A DNA stretch of 64,000 bases, taken from the NCBI GenBank assembly GCA_025611195.1, contig GCA_025611195.1_4718.1; one strand, written 5' to 3'. Below the pieces are notes generated by a model. That model saw only the letters and a program-made list of their open reading frames with translations, had not been told where the DNA came from and did not search any database. The translations under genes were made by a program, and so were the position numbers. Position 1 is the stretch's first letter; each line of letters starts with the position of its first letter. Below are positions 48,375 to 57,399 of the stretch, one piece after another. The DNA comes from a phage.

Positions 48375-51179
48375 TTAAGCTAATTTACCGAAACCGGCTT
48401 TCTGTAGTTTCTCGTTGATGATTTTCGCTTCAGCGAAGACGTAATCGCGGTAGGCGGTCACTAACGCATCCACACGTGAACGCAAGGCTTCTTCGAAGCT
48501 ATACCACGCTGCGATTTCACGAATCTGTGCGTTGATATAATCAACGGTTGAGCGAAGCTCGGTTGCGTTTTCTTGCGGGATGGCTTTCACCTGGCGAGCA
48601 ACGTCATTTAAACGACGGAACTGTGTTTCGATTTCTTTAAACTTACTGTCGGCAAGTTTGCTGAATTCGTCACCGGAACGGGTAAATAACAGATAGCTGT
48701 TGCCGTCAAGTGCGGTCGCTAACTGCTGAAGTACGTTGGTGTCCGGATACACAGGAGTACCGCTTTGCAATACTTTCTCACCGAATTCCGCGAAGTCCTT
48801 CGGCGGTAAGTGTGCAGACGTTGTCAACTCGTTGAAACGGAAAGTCAGCGAATTATCATAAAGCATCCGGTACGCTTCCATACCCTGTTTCATGGTACCA
48901 GCCAGGTTAGCCAGACGCGGAGCAATCTCACCTTCTTTAGCGCGTTTCTGATCTTCTAACGCCCCTTCGAGTTCTTTACACTGGTCATTCAGATACACGA
49001 TACGATCGGGACGCAGACGACGCATCTCACGAAGAATAGTATCCAGCTTACCTTCCTGGAAATAACCTAACGTTAAAGACGTACACGCTTGCTGAAGACG
49101 ATCGAACACCGGTAAGGTCACCATCTCTTTACGGATACCATCAACAATCGCAGAAACAGCCGAAAGTTTCTGTTCGGTGGTTAATGGAGCGTCAGAGACC
49201 GACTTGCTGGGCGCGCCAACAACGTTACGCATTGCGTCGGTATCCTCGGTTTTATCAACCTCTTTACGAACGTTCTCATCAGGAACATAAACGTTCGCGT
49301 TACGTTTCGCCTGCTTGATGGCGTCGTTGGCTGCTTTTTCGGTGGCCGCTACACTATCGGCACGTTTCTTCAAGAGTTCAATAATCCAGAGCAACAGACG
49401 ACGAATCGCTGTATAGGCTGTCGTGATGATGACACCGATAACAGCCATCTTCATGATACCGAACGATTCCATGGTCGGCTCTAACGCCCGGTCTGGCATA
49501 TACCGTTCACGCAGTTCCAGATAGATCTGCTCATCTGGTTTGCTGATCTCACCACGATGCGAAGTCCGATAGATGGCTTCGTCAATCTCAACAAGATCTT
49601 TACGTGCTTGACGGTCTGTTTCGGTCAAATAAGCGCAGCCGGATACGTCGTCTTCAAAACTTTCGAACTTAAAGAAATCGACAACCATCTTGGCAAGCGC
49701 CTCTTTCTTAGCAGGATCGAGCGTCTTCGCATCCTCTTTTTGCTTATCCATTTTTTCCTTGAATTTCTCTTTATAGTCATTCAAGGGTTTTACCGCTCTT
49801 GCCTTCAACGCGTTATAGATAGCTTTCCACTCATCGTCACGTTCGAGGACAATGAAATGGTTCTTGAGTTCGAAAGCACGATAGCGTGCAACGAGCTGTT
49901 CTACCTGAATGTGAGCGAGTTGGATATCCATTAACCAACGCGACATCGCCGAGATCAAACGGCTATAAGCGAACAACGTTTGGTAGGTTAACTTCATGTA
50001 TGTTTCATACAGCTCAATATCGCCGCTCTGAATATTGGCTGTTGGATTCATTTCCTTTGTTGCCCTGAAGACCTGTTCTGCTTCTCTCAGCGTCTTTTCG
50101 AACTTAACGTCATTAAACGCAGTGAATGGTTCAGCCAACTCATGCATTTTATCGTGGAGTTCGCGGATCCAAGATTCCTTGCTGTCGCGGATGGTGTTTT
50201 CATCATGGAGCGCAGTCTGATGTTTTCGTACCCATTCTTCCACGATATCAGCAGCTGCAACCACCTGGACACGATCTGAAATCAATGGGACAATCGCGTG
50301 AAGTGCCCCAACACATTCTGGCGTGTCCCAGTGTTTCTGGAGGTCACCACGGAAACGGTCGATGTCTTTTAAGGTGGTACCTAAGTCAAGGAAAGTGCCG
50401 CCATTATGACTCATTTGTGCGACAAGATCGGCAAATACCTTTTGTTTTTCGATGACAAAAGGAACCATCCGCATAAGCCATTCAGCAGTTGCTTTAGCCT
50501 TTTCTTTCAGATTTTTGTCGGCGATTTCTTTAAGGTTAATCGCGCTACTGTATCCTGCAAGTTCGTTGTAGACGTCGTTAACCGTCATCTCTTTATCCAA
50601 CATTTCTTTGAAACGTGGATAATCTGCACCTAACGCGTCGATGACTTCTTGGATGATGTCGTCTGTGGTGGCGATAAATTTATTTGTGCCACCGTAATGT
50701 TTCCAGATTTTCTGTAGCATCTTCTTAAAGAATTCGAAGACGAATGTCCAGATACGCTTGATGAGTTCCCAGACTTTCTTCGCGCCATCGACAAACAGTT
50801 TAGAGACCTTGGCAACGAATCCTTCCTGTACCAACTCAACGCCGTTACGTGATGGGATTTCCGTGAAGAAAGCATCTGGCAGTTGTTTCGGGAACGCATC
50901 GCCAAGACGCATACGTAGTTCAGGTACATCGGCACGAGAGATACCGCGTGTTACTAACTGTTCGTGAAGACGAACATTTTCTTCACCAGAGGCTACGAAT
51001 TCGTTAACGTCAAATGAAACCAGTTCTTGATCTTCGGTGGTGACGACGCTTGAACCATCACTGGTTTGGATGTCTTCGTCAGGGAACGCCATCAGCATAC
51101 CGTGACGCATTTCAACCACTCCGTAATCGGTTGCTAAACCGAATTCGTTGTGATCGGGAGTAATAACTGGGATACTCAT
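48375..51179 (-). CDS. large inner-body-like family member (934 aa) with one hydrophobic helix
   Basis: ATG 51179 overlaps upstream stop; motif VELVQEGFVAKVSKLFVDGAKKVWELIKRIW; hydrophobic segment MAVIGVIITTAYTAI. Confidence 0.75.
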   Translation of the reverse strand: MSIPVITPDHNEFGLATDYGVVEMRHGMLMAFPDEDIQTSDGSSVVTTEDQELVSFDVNEFVASGEENVRLHEQLVTRGISRADVPELRMRLGDAFPKQLPDAFFTEIPSRNGVELVQEGFVAKVSKLFVDGAKKVWELIKRIWTFVFEFFKKMLQKIWKHYGGTNKFIATTDDIIQEVIDALGADYPRFKEMLDKEMTVNDVYNELAGYSSAINLKEIADKNLKEKAKATAEWLMRMVPFVIEKQKVFADLVAQMSHNGGTFLDLGTTLKDIDRFRGDLQKHWDTPECVGALHAIVPLISDRVQVVAAADIVEEWVRKHQTALHDENTIRDSKESWIRELHDKMHELAEPFTAFNDVKFEKTLREAEQVFRATKEMNPTANIQSGDIELYETYMKLTYQTLFAYSRLISAMSRWLMDIQLAHIQVEQLVARYRAFELKNHFIVLERDDEWKAIYNALKARAVKPLNDYKEKFKEKMDKQKEDAKTLDPAKKEALAKMVVDFFKFESFEDDVSGCAYLTETDRQARKDLVEIDEAIYRTSHRGEISKPDEQIYLELRERYMPDRALEPTMESFGIMKMAVIGVIITTAYTAIRRLLLWIIELLKKRADSVAATEKAANDAIKQAKRNANVYVPDENVRKEVDKTEDTDAMRNVVGAPSKSVSDAPLTTEQKLSAVSAIVDGIRKEMVTLPVFDRLQQACTSLTLGYFQEGKLDTILREMRRLRPDRIVYLNDQCKELEGALEDQKRAKEGEIAPRLANLAGTMKQGMEAYRMLYDNSLTFRFNELTTSAHLPPKDFAEFGEKVLQSGTPVYPDTNVLQQLATALDGNSYLLFTRSGDEFSKLADSKFKEIETQFRRLNDVARQVKAIPQENATELRSTVDYINAQIREIAAWYSFEEALRSRVDALVTAYRDYVFAEAKIINEKLQKAGFGKLA

Positions 51180-51616
51180 GCATTCTCTCCTTGCAGTGCG
51201 TTAGCGAAAGCTGTTGCAAGTTGCGCAACCAGTTTCGGATCAACGCCTTCGATAACGTCGGGCAGCCCCGCGGTTTCTTGGTCACGAACAGCAGCTGCTA
51301 ATAACAGCATGGTTTCAGGTGCTGTCGGCTCATGCACCATGCGGTAACGCAGGCACCAGAAGTAGCGGGCAACGTCTAACGCATCAGCCAACCCAATAAC
51401 CAGCACCTTGTTCAGCTTATCCAGCCCTTCACGGATTTTAGGGAGATGTTCACGAACGAAAATGCTATCTGCGGTCAGATCTTCTTTTTCAGCGAATACC
51501 GGCATGCTGTAACCAGCGATGTAACCTGCGGCAATACTCAATGCACGGGTCTGTTGTTCGGCCGGGAAATCACGTACCAGGTCTTTCAGCTGAACGGCGA
51601 AATCAGAAATATTCAT
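51176..51616 (-). CDS. hypothetical protein (146 aa)
   Basis: Coupled (ATGA overlap) to the downstream gene. Confidence 0.65.
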   Translation of the reverse strand: MNISDFAVQLKDLVRDFPAEQQTRALSIAAGYIAGYSMPVFAEKEDLTADSIFVREHLPKIREGLDKLNKVLVIGLADALDVARYFWCLRYRMVHEPTAPETMLLLAAAVRDQETAGLPDVIEGVDPKLVAQLATAFANALQGENA

Positions 51617-51645
51617 GTTAAATTCCTTTATAGTGAGGTTAAAGA

Positions 51646-52965
51646 TTAGGCGACAATAGAGTCAAGTGTTGCTGCCGTTTTAAACAGATCGTTGTTGATA
51701 ACCGTAGACAGTGTTTTCTGAACCTGCTCCTGCTTCACGGCTTGCTGAACATCAGAACGCAACGCGATGGTAATGAGCTCCATAACGGTACGATTATCGT
51801 TGACCGTTTTCAAGATCTTGTCGATTTCTTTTATCGCGTCTAGTGTCGAAACGCGGATATCCTGAGGTAAATCACGATCTTTAAGACGTCCAACCAACTC
51901 TTGTTTTAATTTCGCAACACGATCCTTGTCGCTGGTGTACGTGGAATAGGTAAAGTCGTATAGTGTTATTGTTTTCAGGTTGACGAAAAGAGCTACCGTA
52001 CTCATTGTACCCAGGATTGGGTTAATTAACGATAAACCAACGATTGCGCCAATAACGGACAATGAACATACAGCATATTGCGTCCAAATACTATTGCGAT
52101 CCCTTACTGATATTTTTCCGAGACGTTTGTAAATTTTTGCTAGCGCGTCTGCCATTGCAGCTCCGCCGCCATGACGGGTGACGAATTGATCGGCGACAAA
52201 TTCCGCTGAAGTATCGGAATAGCGACCCATGTGCGTTGCGACACGTGTCTGCTCTTCTTTATTGCTTATATACACGGTGTACCAGGTGGCAACATCGCTT
52301 GATTCCGCAATGACGTTGACGTCAACCGTTGTACCCATCGCATCGTTTAATGATTTCGCGAGCGTGATCTTTTTCTCTTTATCTGTTGTTTGTAGTAATT
52401 CGCGTGCGGCGGTTGCGAGAGAAAAATCCGTCTTAGCGGATTCGGCGATAAATTCCAGGAAAGTAAAAGCGTGCCCAACTTCGTGCAATACAAACGCTGC
52501 TTTGTTTTCCGGAGTGAATTCCGTATCACGAATAAATCCGTCGGTTACAAATACGCGGATAACGATTTTCTCGAACGCACCTTTCACCCTACCATTGACA
52601 AGATCGACCACACCGACGATTTCATCGATATTCTTACTTAACTGTTTAAAATCTCTGTTTCGATAGAACTGTTTACGCCATTCTTCAATAAGCACATTGT
52701 TTTTTGTAATGTCTGGAGTAATACAGGAACAGTTAATTTCACTCATGTTCGGTATTACTTCTGTCTGGATGGTCAACCCAGTGTGTTTGCGTATTAAATC
52801 GGATAGTGGCTTACCACTGATATATTTTACCTTTTCTTCATAGCTGGTAAGATTATCCATTGTTTTGAATAACTCGGTCATTTCCTTGAACAAGGAACCA
52901 TCTTGAAACTTGATGGCCTCCATCGTTAATTCGTCATGACCATACACGCGTTGTAGTAATGACAT
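51646..52965 (-). CDS. putative membrane-associated Zn metallopeptidase (HExxH)
   Basis: GAGAG SD before ATG 52965; motif AFVLHEVGHAFTFLEFIAE (HExxH plus downstream Glu); ~40-residue hydrophobic stretch YAVCSLSVIGAIVGLSLINPILGTMSTVALFV. Confidence 0.5.
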   Translation of the reverse strand: MSLLQRVYGHDELTMEAIKFQDGSLFKEMTELFKTMDNLTSYEEKVKYISGKPLSDLIRKHTGLTIQTEVIPNMSEINCSCITPDITKNNVLIEEWRKQFYRNRDFKQLSKNIDEIVGVVDLVNGRVKGAFEKIVIRVFVTDGFIRDTEFTPENKAAFVLHEVGHAFTFLEFIAESAKTDFSLATAARELLQTTDKEKKITLAKSLNDAMGTTVDVNVIAESSDVATWYTVYISNKEEQTRVATHMGRYSDTSAEFVADQFVTRHGGGAAMADALAKIYKRLGKISVRDRNSIWTQYAVCSLSVIGAIVGLSLINPILGTMSTVALFVNLKTITLYDFTYSTYTSDKDRVAKLKQELVGRLKDRDLPQDIRVSTLDAIKEIDKILKTVNDNRTVMELITIALRSDVQQAVKQEQVQKTLSTVINNDLFKTAATLDSIVA

Positions 52966-52977
52966 TGTACACTCTCT

Positions 52978-52993
52978 AAATTTACGTAAATTT
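52978..52993. promoter_or_regulatory. perfect 16-bp palindrome in divergent intergenic region (candidate operator)
   Basis: aaatttacgtaaattt equals its own reverse complement; centred about 20 nt upstream of the metallopeptidase start codon. Confidence 0.35.
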
Positions 52994-53186
52994 AAGGGCT
53001 AATGGATCGGCTGGCCGCACCAATCACAATGTGTTCGTTGCTATGCAACGGCATTCATAGAAATACCTTTTGACGGTAACATCACCGTTCATACCCCAAG
53101 CGATAAGAGTGGTCGGTTAAAAACAACAGAACGTGGGGATGATATAGAAAATCACCTTTTAACACTTATTACGAGTTTAGCAAGCC

Positions 53187-54938
53187 ATGAGCGAACAAGA
53201 ACGAAAACCTAAGAAGAAACTGCTCGGTATTCAATGTCGACACATCAGCTATAACGAAGCGAACGATGGTAGTAAGAACGACCTCATGATCGCAAAAGAG
53301 ATCATGTTCTTCGATGATAATACGCAAGCGACGAACCTTCGCTTCTTCGAGAATTACAAACGTCCGTTTTGGGTGACGGTAGAGAGTAAACGCAAGAACA
53401 AATATAAAAAGGAAAGCGAGAAGCTCTCGCACGTGCGACGCTACGATGTCCGTCAAAGTGAGCTGGTTGAAAAGATCAGCTCGGTGCTTTATAAAAGACG
53501 TGCTGACGATAACACCCGTTTACAGCAGCTTGCACGGAGTCCCTACCTCTATGGCACGGACGTTAGCGCCAGCTGTTATTTAAAAACCCAATACAATACA
53601 AAATGGCCGGAATACGTCGATAAATTACCCGCGTCTATCGCATGTTTCGATATCGAAACCGATGTTGTCCACGGACACGGTAAGATCGTCTGTATGTCTA
53701 TTACAATGGGATACAATGCGATCCTTTGCTATACCAAGGACTTCGTTGGTCATATTCCGAATGCGATTGAGAAAACCCATGAGAAGATTCGATATTACCT
53801 GGCCGAACGTCTGAACACCAAAGAAGATCCTCATGCGTTCGAAAAATATCAGTACGATGTTCGAATCGTAGAAAGCCCAGCACAAGCGGTCATCCAATGC
53901 ATGCAGAAGGTTCACGAATGGCAGCCGGATTATCTCCTTGGCTGGAATATCGCGTTCGATATTCCGCGTATGCTCCAGGCACTGAACGAGGAAGGGTATC
54001 GTCCCGAGGATGTTTTCTCCGATCCTCGTGTACCACCTAAGTATCGTATTGCTCGCTGGGTACCACCGAAGACCGACAAGGTATCTGCTTCAGGTCGTAA
54101 AACCAACCTTACCCTTGAGCAAACCTGGCCGATGTTTTATACGATGGCCACGTATCAGGTTATGGATGCGATGTGTGGTTATAAGTTCGTTCGTTTAGGA
54201 AGACCGGATGAGGGGAGATACTCACTCGATGCGGTGTTAGAGCGAAATAAATGTCATACGAAATTAAAAGCAATTCCTGGTACAGAGGGGTTCACGGAGC
54301 TTGCGTGGCACGAAGAGATGCAAACGAACCATCAAATCGACTACGGCGTATATAACCTTTGGGATAACCAGGGTATCGAGGCGTTGGACCAGAAAACAAA
54401 AGACTATTCGATGACCATCCCTATTCGTTTGGCAGCATCGGATTTGAAAGATTTCAGTTCTAACCCTAAACGTATCTGCGATAAACTTTTCTTCGTTTAT
54501 CTTAACCGTGGGGAAGTCATGGGATGCACCGCCGACGACATGACCCAGGAAGAAGATAAGTGGGTTATCTCACGAACCGGACATATCGTCACATTGCCAT
54601 GCGATCTCATGGCGGACAACGGCATCCATCTCTTCTGGGATATGCCGAACCTGAGAAGTTATATCCGTCTATTCGTTGCAGACCTCGACATTAGCAGTTC
54701 ATACCCGAATGGGCAGATCCTGTTGAATCTATCCAGAGCATGTGTTTTTCGTGAGCTCTCACGCATTGAAGGCGTCTCTGACTATCAGTTCAGGAAGTTA
54801 GGTATCAACTTTATTACCGGAGGTAAAACGAACGCTGTAGACTTCTGTAGAATCGTTTATAAAGCACCATCGATGTTCGAACTCTTAGAACATTTCGATG
54901 CAACGCGTCCAAAAGGGGAAGCGCGGACCATCGAATGA
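53187..54938 (+). CDS. family-B DNA polymerase, N-terminal fragment (3'-5' exonuclease domain plus motif A)
   Basis: Exo I ACFDIETD, Exo II GWNIAFDIP, Exo III YGVYNLWD, motif A DLDISSSYPN; ORF stops ~75 aa later with no motif B (KxxxNSxYG) or motif C (YGDTDS). Confidence 0.75.
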   Translation: MSEQERKPKKKLLGIQCRHISYNEANDGSKNDLMIAKEIMFFDDNTQATNLRFFENYKRPFWVTVESKRKNKYKKESEKLSHVRRYDVRQSELVEKISSVLYKRRADDNTRLQQLARSPYLYGTDVSASCYLKTQYNTKWPEYVDKLPASIACFDIETDVVHGHGKIVCMSITMGYNAILCYTKDFVGHIPNAIEKTHEKIRYYLAERLNTKEDPHAFEKYQYDVRIVESPAQAVIQCMQKVHEWQPDYLLGWNIAFDIPRMLQALNEEGYRPEDVFSDPRVPPKYRIARWVPPKTDKVSASGRKTNLTLEQTWPMFYTMATYQVMDAMCGYKFVRLGRPDEGRYSLDAVLERNKCHTKLKAIPGTEGFTELAWHEEMQTNHQIDYGVYNLWDNQGIEALDQKTKDYSMTIPIRLAASDLKDFSSNPKRICDKLFFVYLNRGEVMGCTADDMTQEEDKWVISRTGHIVTLPCDLMADNGIHLFWDMPNLRSYIRLFVADLDISSSYPNGQILLNLSRACVFRELSRIEGVSDYQFRKLGINFITGGKTNAVDFCRIVYKAPSMFELLEHFDATRPKGEARTIE

Positions 54939-54985
54939 ATCAAGTATGTTGATCCTCGTTTAACAAAAAGAAAACGCATGCGAAG

Positions 54986-55017
54986 CCCCTCCCCCTGGCG
55001 GAAGCCGGAGGGAGGGG
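54986..55017. terminator. GC-rich hairpin between the DNA polymerase fragment and the small-paralog operon
   Basis: cccctccc-cct-ggc-ggaa-gcc-gga-gggagggg; A-rich upstream, U-rich plus TATG (55027-55030) downstream. Confidence 0.55.
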
Positions 55018-55035
55018 TGGAAGTTTTATGTGTTT

Positions 55036-55485
55036 TTAATTATTGTTGATGGGGTTATCGTCCGGCTTATATTCGATGCCGTAGGCGACGTAACGGTCTG
55101 TCGTATGGACGACAAGCGAGATGGGGAAATCATAATGCGTGGTTTTGTCTCGGACGAGCTGAGTAAAGAGATCCATATAACGTATTAAGTCTTCACTGGT
55201 GTAATCAGAAGGGAAGAAGACGTCGATGGTTATTGAATCTTCATAGAGGCGTATAACCAACTTATCCAGAAGGTCGGCATATTGGTTAGCCGGGGTGACG
55301 TCCAGCTCACAGATATCACGATCTCCTTCGTCTCGTGATACCCACATCATGGTATCCTGTAATGAGGTTTCAAGGATCTCGAAAATGCATTTTGCTGTAA
55401 GTTTTAGTTTATTTGTTACGTCATGGTTAGGTGAATAATGGTCACGGATGTTTTTCACTGCGTCTTTGATAGAGAAAGTCATCAT
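55036..55485 (-). CDS. small paralog family member 1 (149 aa)
   Basis: C-terminal DFPISLVVHTTDRYVAYGIEYKPDDN matches the family FP(I/L)xL...(E/H)YxPD signature. Confidence 0.7.
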   Translation of the reverse strand: MMTFSIKDAVKNIRDHYSPNHDVTNKLKLTAKCIFEILETSLQDTMMWVSRDEGDRDICELDVTPANQYADLLDKLVIRLYEDSITIDVFFPSDYTSEDLIRYMDLFTQLVRDKTTHYDFPISLVVHTTDRYVAYGIEYKPDDNPINNN

Positions 55486-55495
55486 TGATGCTCCT

Positions 55496-56005
55496 TCAAA
55501 TGAAATTAATACGTGCGGCTGTCGAAACGAGTTCGCTTGTAAAGCAATGCTTACCGTCGGTGTTTACCGTGTATGTAAGTTTACAAACCTTAGCGGCAGG
55601 GTTAGCACCGATAACAAGGACGGTCGTCATATCGAACAGTTCCACACGTTGAAGAAATGCCGTATCGGCTACCTTCTGTAAACCGGTTGCTTCAAAATCG
55701 ATGTGGTCGTTAAGAGGCACCAATTGGATTTCAATGCGTTCTTTGAAAAGTTTAAACGTTACTGAAAACCGATGAGGTTCGGTATTAAGCCATAAAGGTC
55801 CACGTTGGAAGTGCTGATATGCTTCATTCGCGGTGTTCTCGAAAACCCAGCAGTCGTGGACAAGAGAAGCCTCTTGTAACGATGATTCCAGGTAGTCAAA
55901 TACCTTGTTTATCGTTTTCTCAAGCATAGGCGCTAGTGAACCAGGGTATCCGGCAAATGCTGCTTCGGCAATCGATTTTATTGATACGATGTTGTTCTGA
56001 CTCAT
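55496..56005 (-). CDS. small paralog family member 2 (about 169 aa)
   Basis: AAGGAA SD then ATG 56005 (track start 56032); architecture resembles neighbours but divergent. Confidence 0.6.
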   Translation of the reverse strand: MSQNNIVSIKSIAEAAFAGYPGSLAPMLEKTINKVFDYLESSLQEASLVHDCWVFENTANEAYQHFQRGPLWLNTEPHRFSVTFKLFKERIEIQLVPLNDHIDFEATGLQKVADTAFLQRVELFDMTTVLVIGANPAAKVCKLTYTVNTDGKHCFTSELVSTAARINFI

Positions 56006-56009
56006 TTCT

Positions 56010-56462
56010 TTATTCCTTGTTGGCTTCTTCAATGTGCTTGGTGTCGTAAGACAAATGCTGAATTAATTTTCTAGGTTCGATGAAAATACGACATGTGATA
56101 AACACATCAGGGTTGTATTGTTCCACGCAACGTCCGAAGGCTCGTTTTGCGGACTGACGCATCAATGTTAATTCCTGATCGTTCATCTCATCATCAAATT
56201 CGATGTGTATCGTGATTTTATCGGGAAATAAATAGATAGAGTAGTCGCTACCGATATCACCGTCGTCAAAACGATAATCGTTGTGGTAATGGTGGAGTTT
56301 ACCTTCGTGTATCGTCTGGTACCACCCAACGATACTATCAAGACCCATACCCAGGCGTCCGAATGCTTGAGTAATAACATCCTCAACGACGGATGCGGGC
56401 GTGGGACCATTGAATAGACGATCTAAGCGCTTTTTCATTGATTTGTCGGTTTTCATGTTCAT
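56010..56462 (-). CDS. small paralog family member 3 (about 150 aa)
   Basis: Track start TTG 56492 lies inside hairpin 56493-56522; AGGAAAAG SD then ATG 56462. C-terminal AKRAFGRCVEQYNPD. Confidence 0.65.
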   Translation of the reverse strand: MNMKTDKSMKKRLDRLFNGPTPASVVEDVITQAFGRLGMGLDSIVGWYQTIHEGKLHHYHNDYRFDDGDIGSDYSIYLFPDKITIHIEFDDEMNDQELTLMRQSAKRAFGRCVEQYNPDVFITCRIFIEPRKLIQHLSYDTKHIEEANKE

Positions 56463-56492
56463 TGTTTCTTTTCCTGTGTAGTCGGTATACAA

Positions 56493-56522
56493 CCCTTCCC
56501 CGGCCTGATGGCTAGGGAAGGG
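56493..56522. terminator. GC-rich hairpin inside the small-paralog operon
   Basis: cccttccc-cggcc-tgat-ggcta-gggaaggg; TATG 56525-56528. Confidence 0.5.
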
Positions 56523-56536
56523 GCTATGCTACGTTG

Positions 56537-56935
56537 TTATGCTTCGCAATCAGCTGAAGACGTCGCGCCTTTCTTACCAGCGATACGCCAAATCCGACAC
56601 GCTGGATAATGGTTAACCTCTAGAGAGCAAGGAATGTTATATTTCTCTTCCAGCGCATAAAGACATTTCGTTAGCTGCTCCAGCGCGTTCTCGTCGTGTC
56701 GTAACGCGTGGTGGCCTAATCGATGTTGGTCGTTCTTTATATACGCCTCGAAGAGAACATGTTGGCGATGTACGCTGACGTTTACAGCCTCGAGTATAGC
56801 TTGGTCGAGCATACGACTAAAGCACATCAACGAGTCAGATACGTTTTCTCGCTTAACCAGATCGATCATGGCGGGAATATACGAATGGTCGATGTTATCG
56901 ATGACCGCTTTAGCGACGGAATCAGCAACGTTCAT
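56537..56935 (-). CDS. small paralog family member 4 (about 132 aa)
   Basis: Track start GTG 56965; AGGGA SD then ATG 56935. Close paralog of 56972-57367 (VAKAVIDNIDH..., EEKYNIPCSLEVN). Confidence 0.7.
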   Translation of the reverse strand: MNVADSVAKAVIDNIDHSYIPAMIDLVKRENVSDSLMCFSRMLDQAILEAVNVSVHRQHVLFEAYIKNDQHRLGHHALRHDENALEQLTKCLYALEEKYNIPCSLEVNHYPACRIWRIAGKKGATSSADCEA

Positions 56936-56971
56936 CTTTTTAATCCCTAGTTTGTTATTGATCACGTATAT

Positions 56972-57367
56972 TTACTCTTTGACGTCAGTTGTCGTTTCGA
57001 CATGCTTCTCACTACTGACGTACCAGAGCAGGTACGCTGGGAAAAGATTGACCTCTAAGCTAAATGGGATATTGTATTTCTCTTCCATTTTACAGAGATG
57101 TTCTTTAATTAAATTTCTCGCGTCTCTGTCACCACGAACAGAGTGCCAGTCTAGTTCTTTGTTCTCCTTTACCAGGACCTCTACGATGATACGTTGCTCG
57201 TGAACCTCGGTTTTCACAGTGAAAAGTAAATCGCTGCTATCAAAACGGGTAAAACGAATGTATGAACCAGGTGTTTTTTCTTGTTTAATAATATCGATCA
57301 TGGTAGAAATGCGCGGATGATCGATGTTGTCGTTAACAGCTTTAACGATGGATTCTACAATGCTCAT
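56972..57367 (-). CDS. small paralog family member 5 (131 aa)
   Basis: IVKAVNDNIDHPRISTMIDIIKQE and EEKYNIPFSLEVN mirror member 4. Confidence 0.7.
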   Translation of the reverse strand: MSIVESIVKAVNDNIDHPRISTMIDIIKQEKTPGSYIRFTRFDSSDLLFTVKTEVHEQRIIVEVLVKENKELDWHSVRGDRDARNLIKEHLCKMEEKYNIPFSLEVNLFPAYLLWYVSSEKHVETTTDVKE

Positions 57368-57399
57368 TTTTTATCCTTAATGTTATCGATTTGGAAATA

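Noticed and set aside
53169-53456. Minus-strand ORF 53169-53456 (95 aa)
   Set aside because: Overlaps the start of the DNA polymerase fragment in antisense; no SD.
54030-54100. Motif B-like KLGINFITGG in the DNA polymerase fragment
   Set aside because: It lies only about 40 aa after motif A, too close for the fingers domain, and lacks the NSxYG core; treated as chance.
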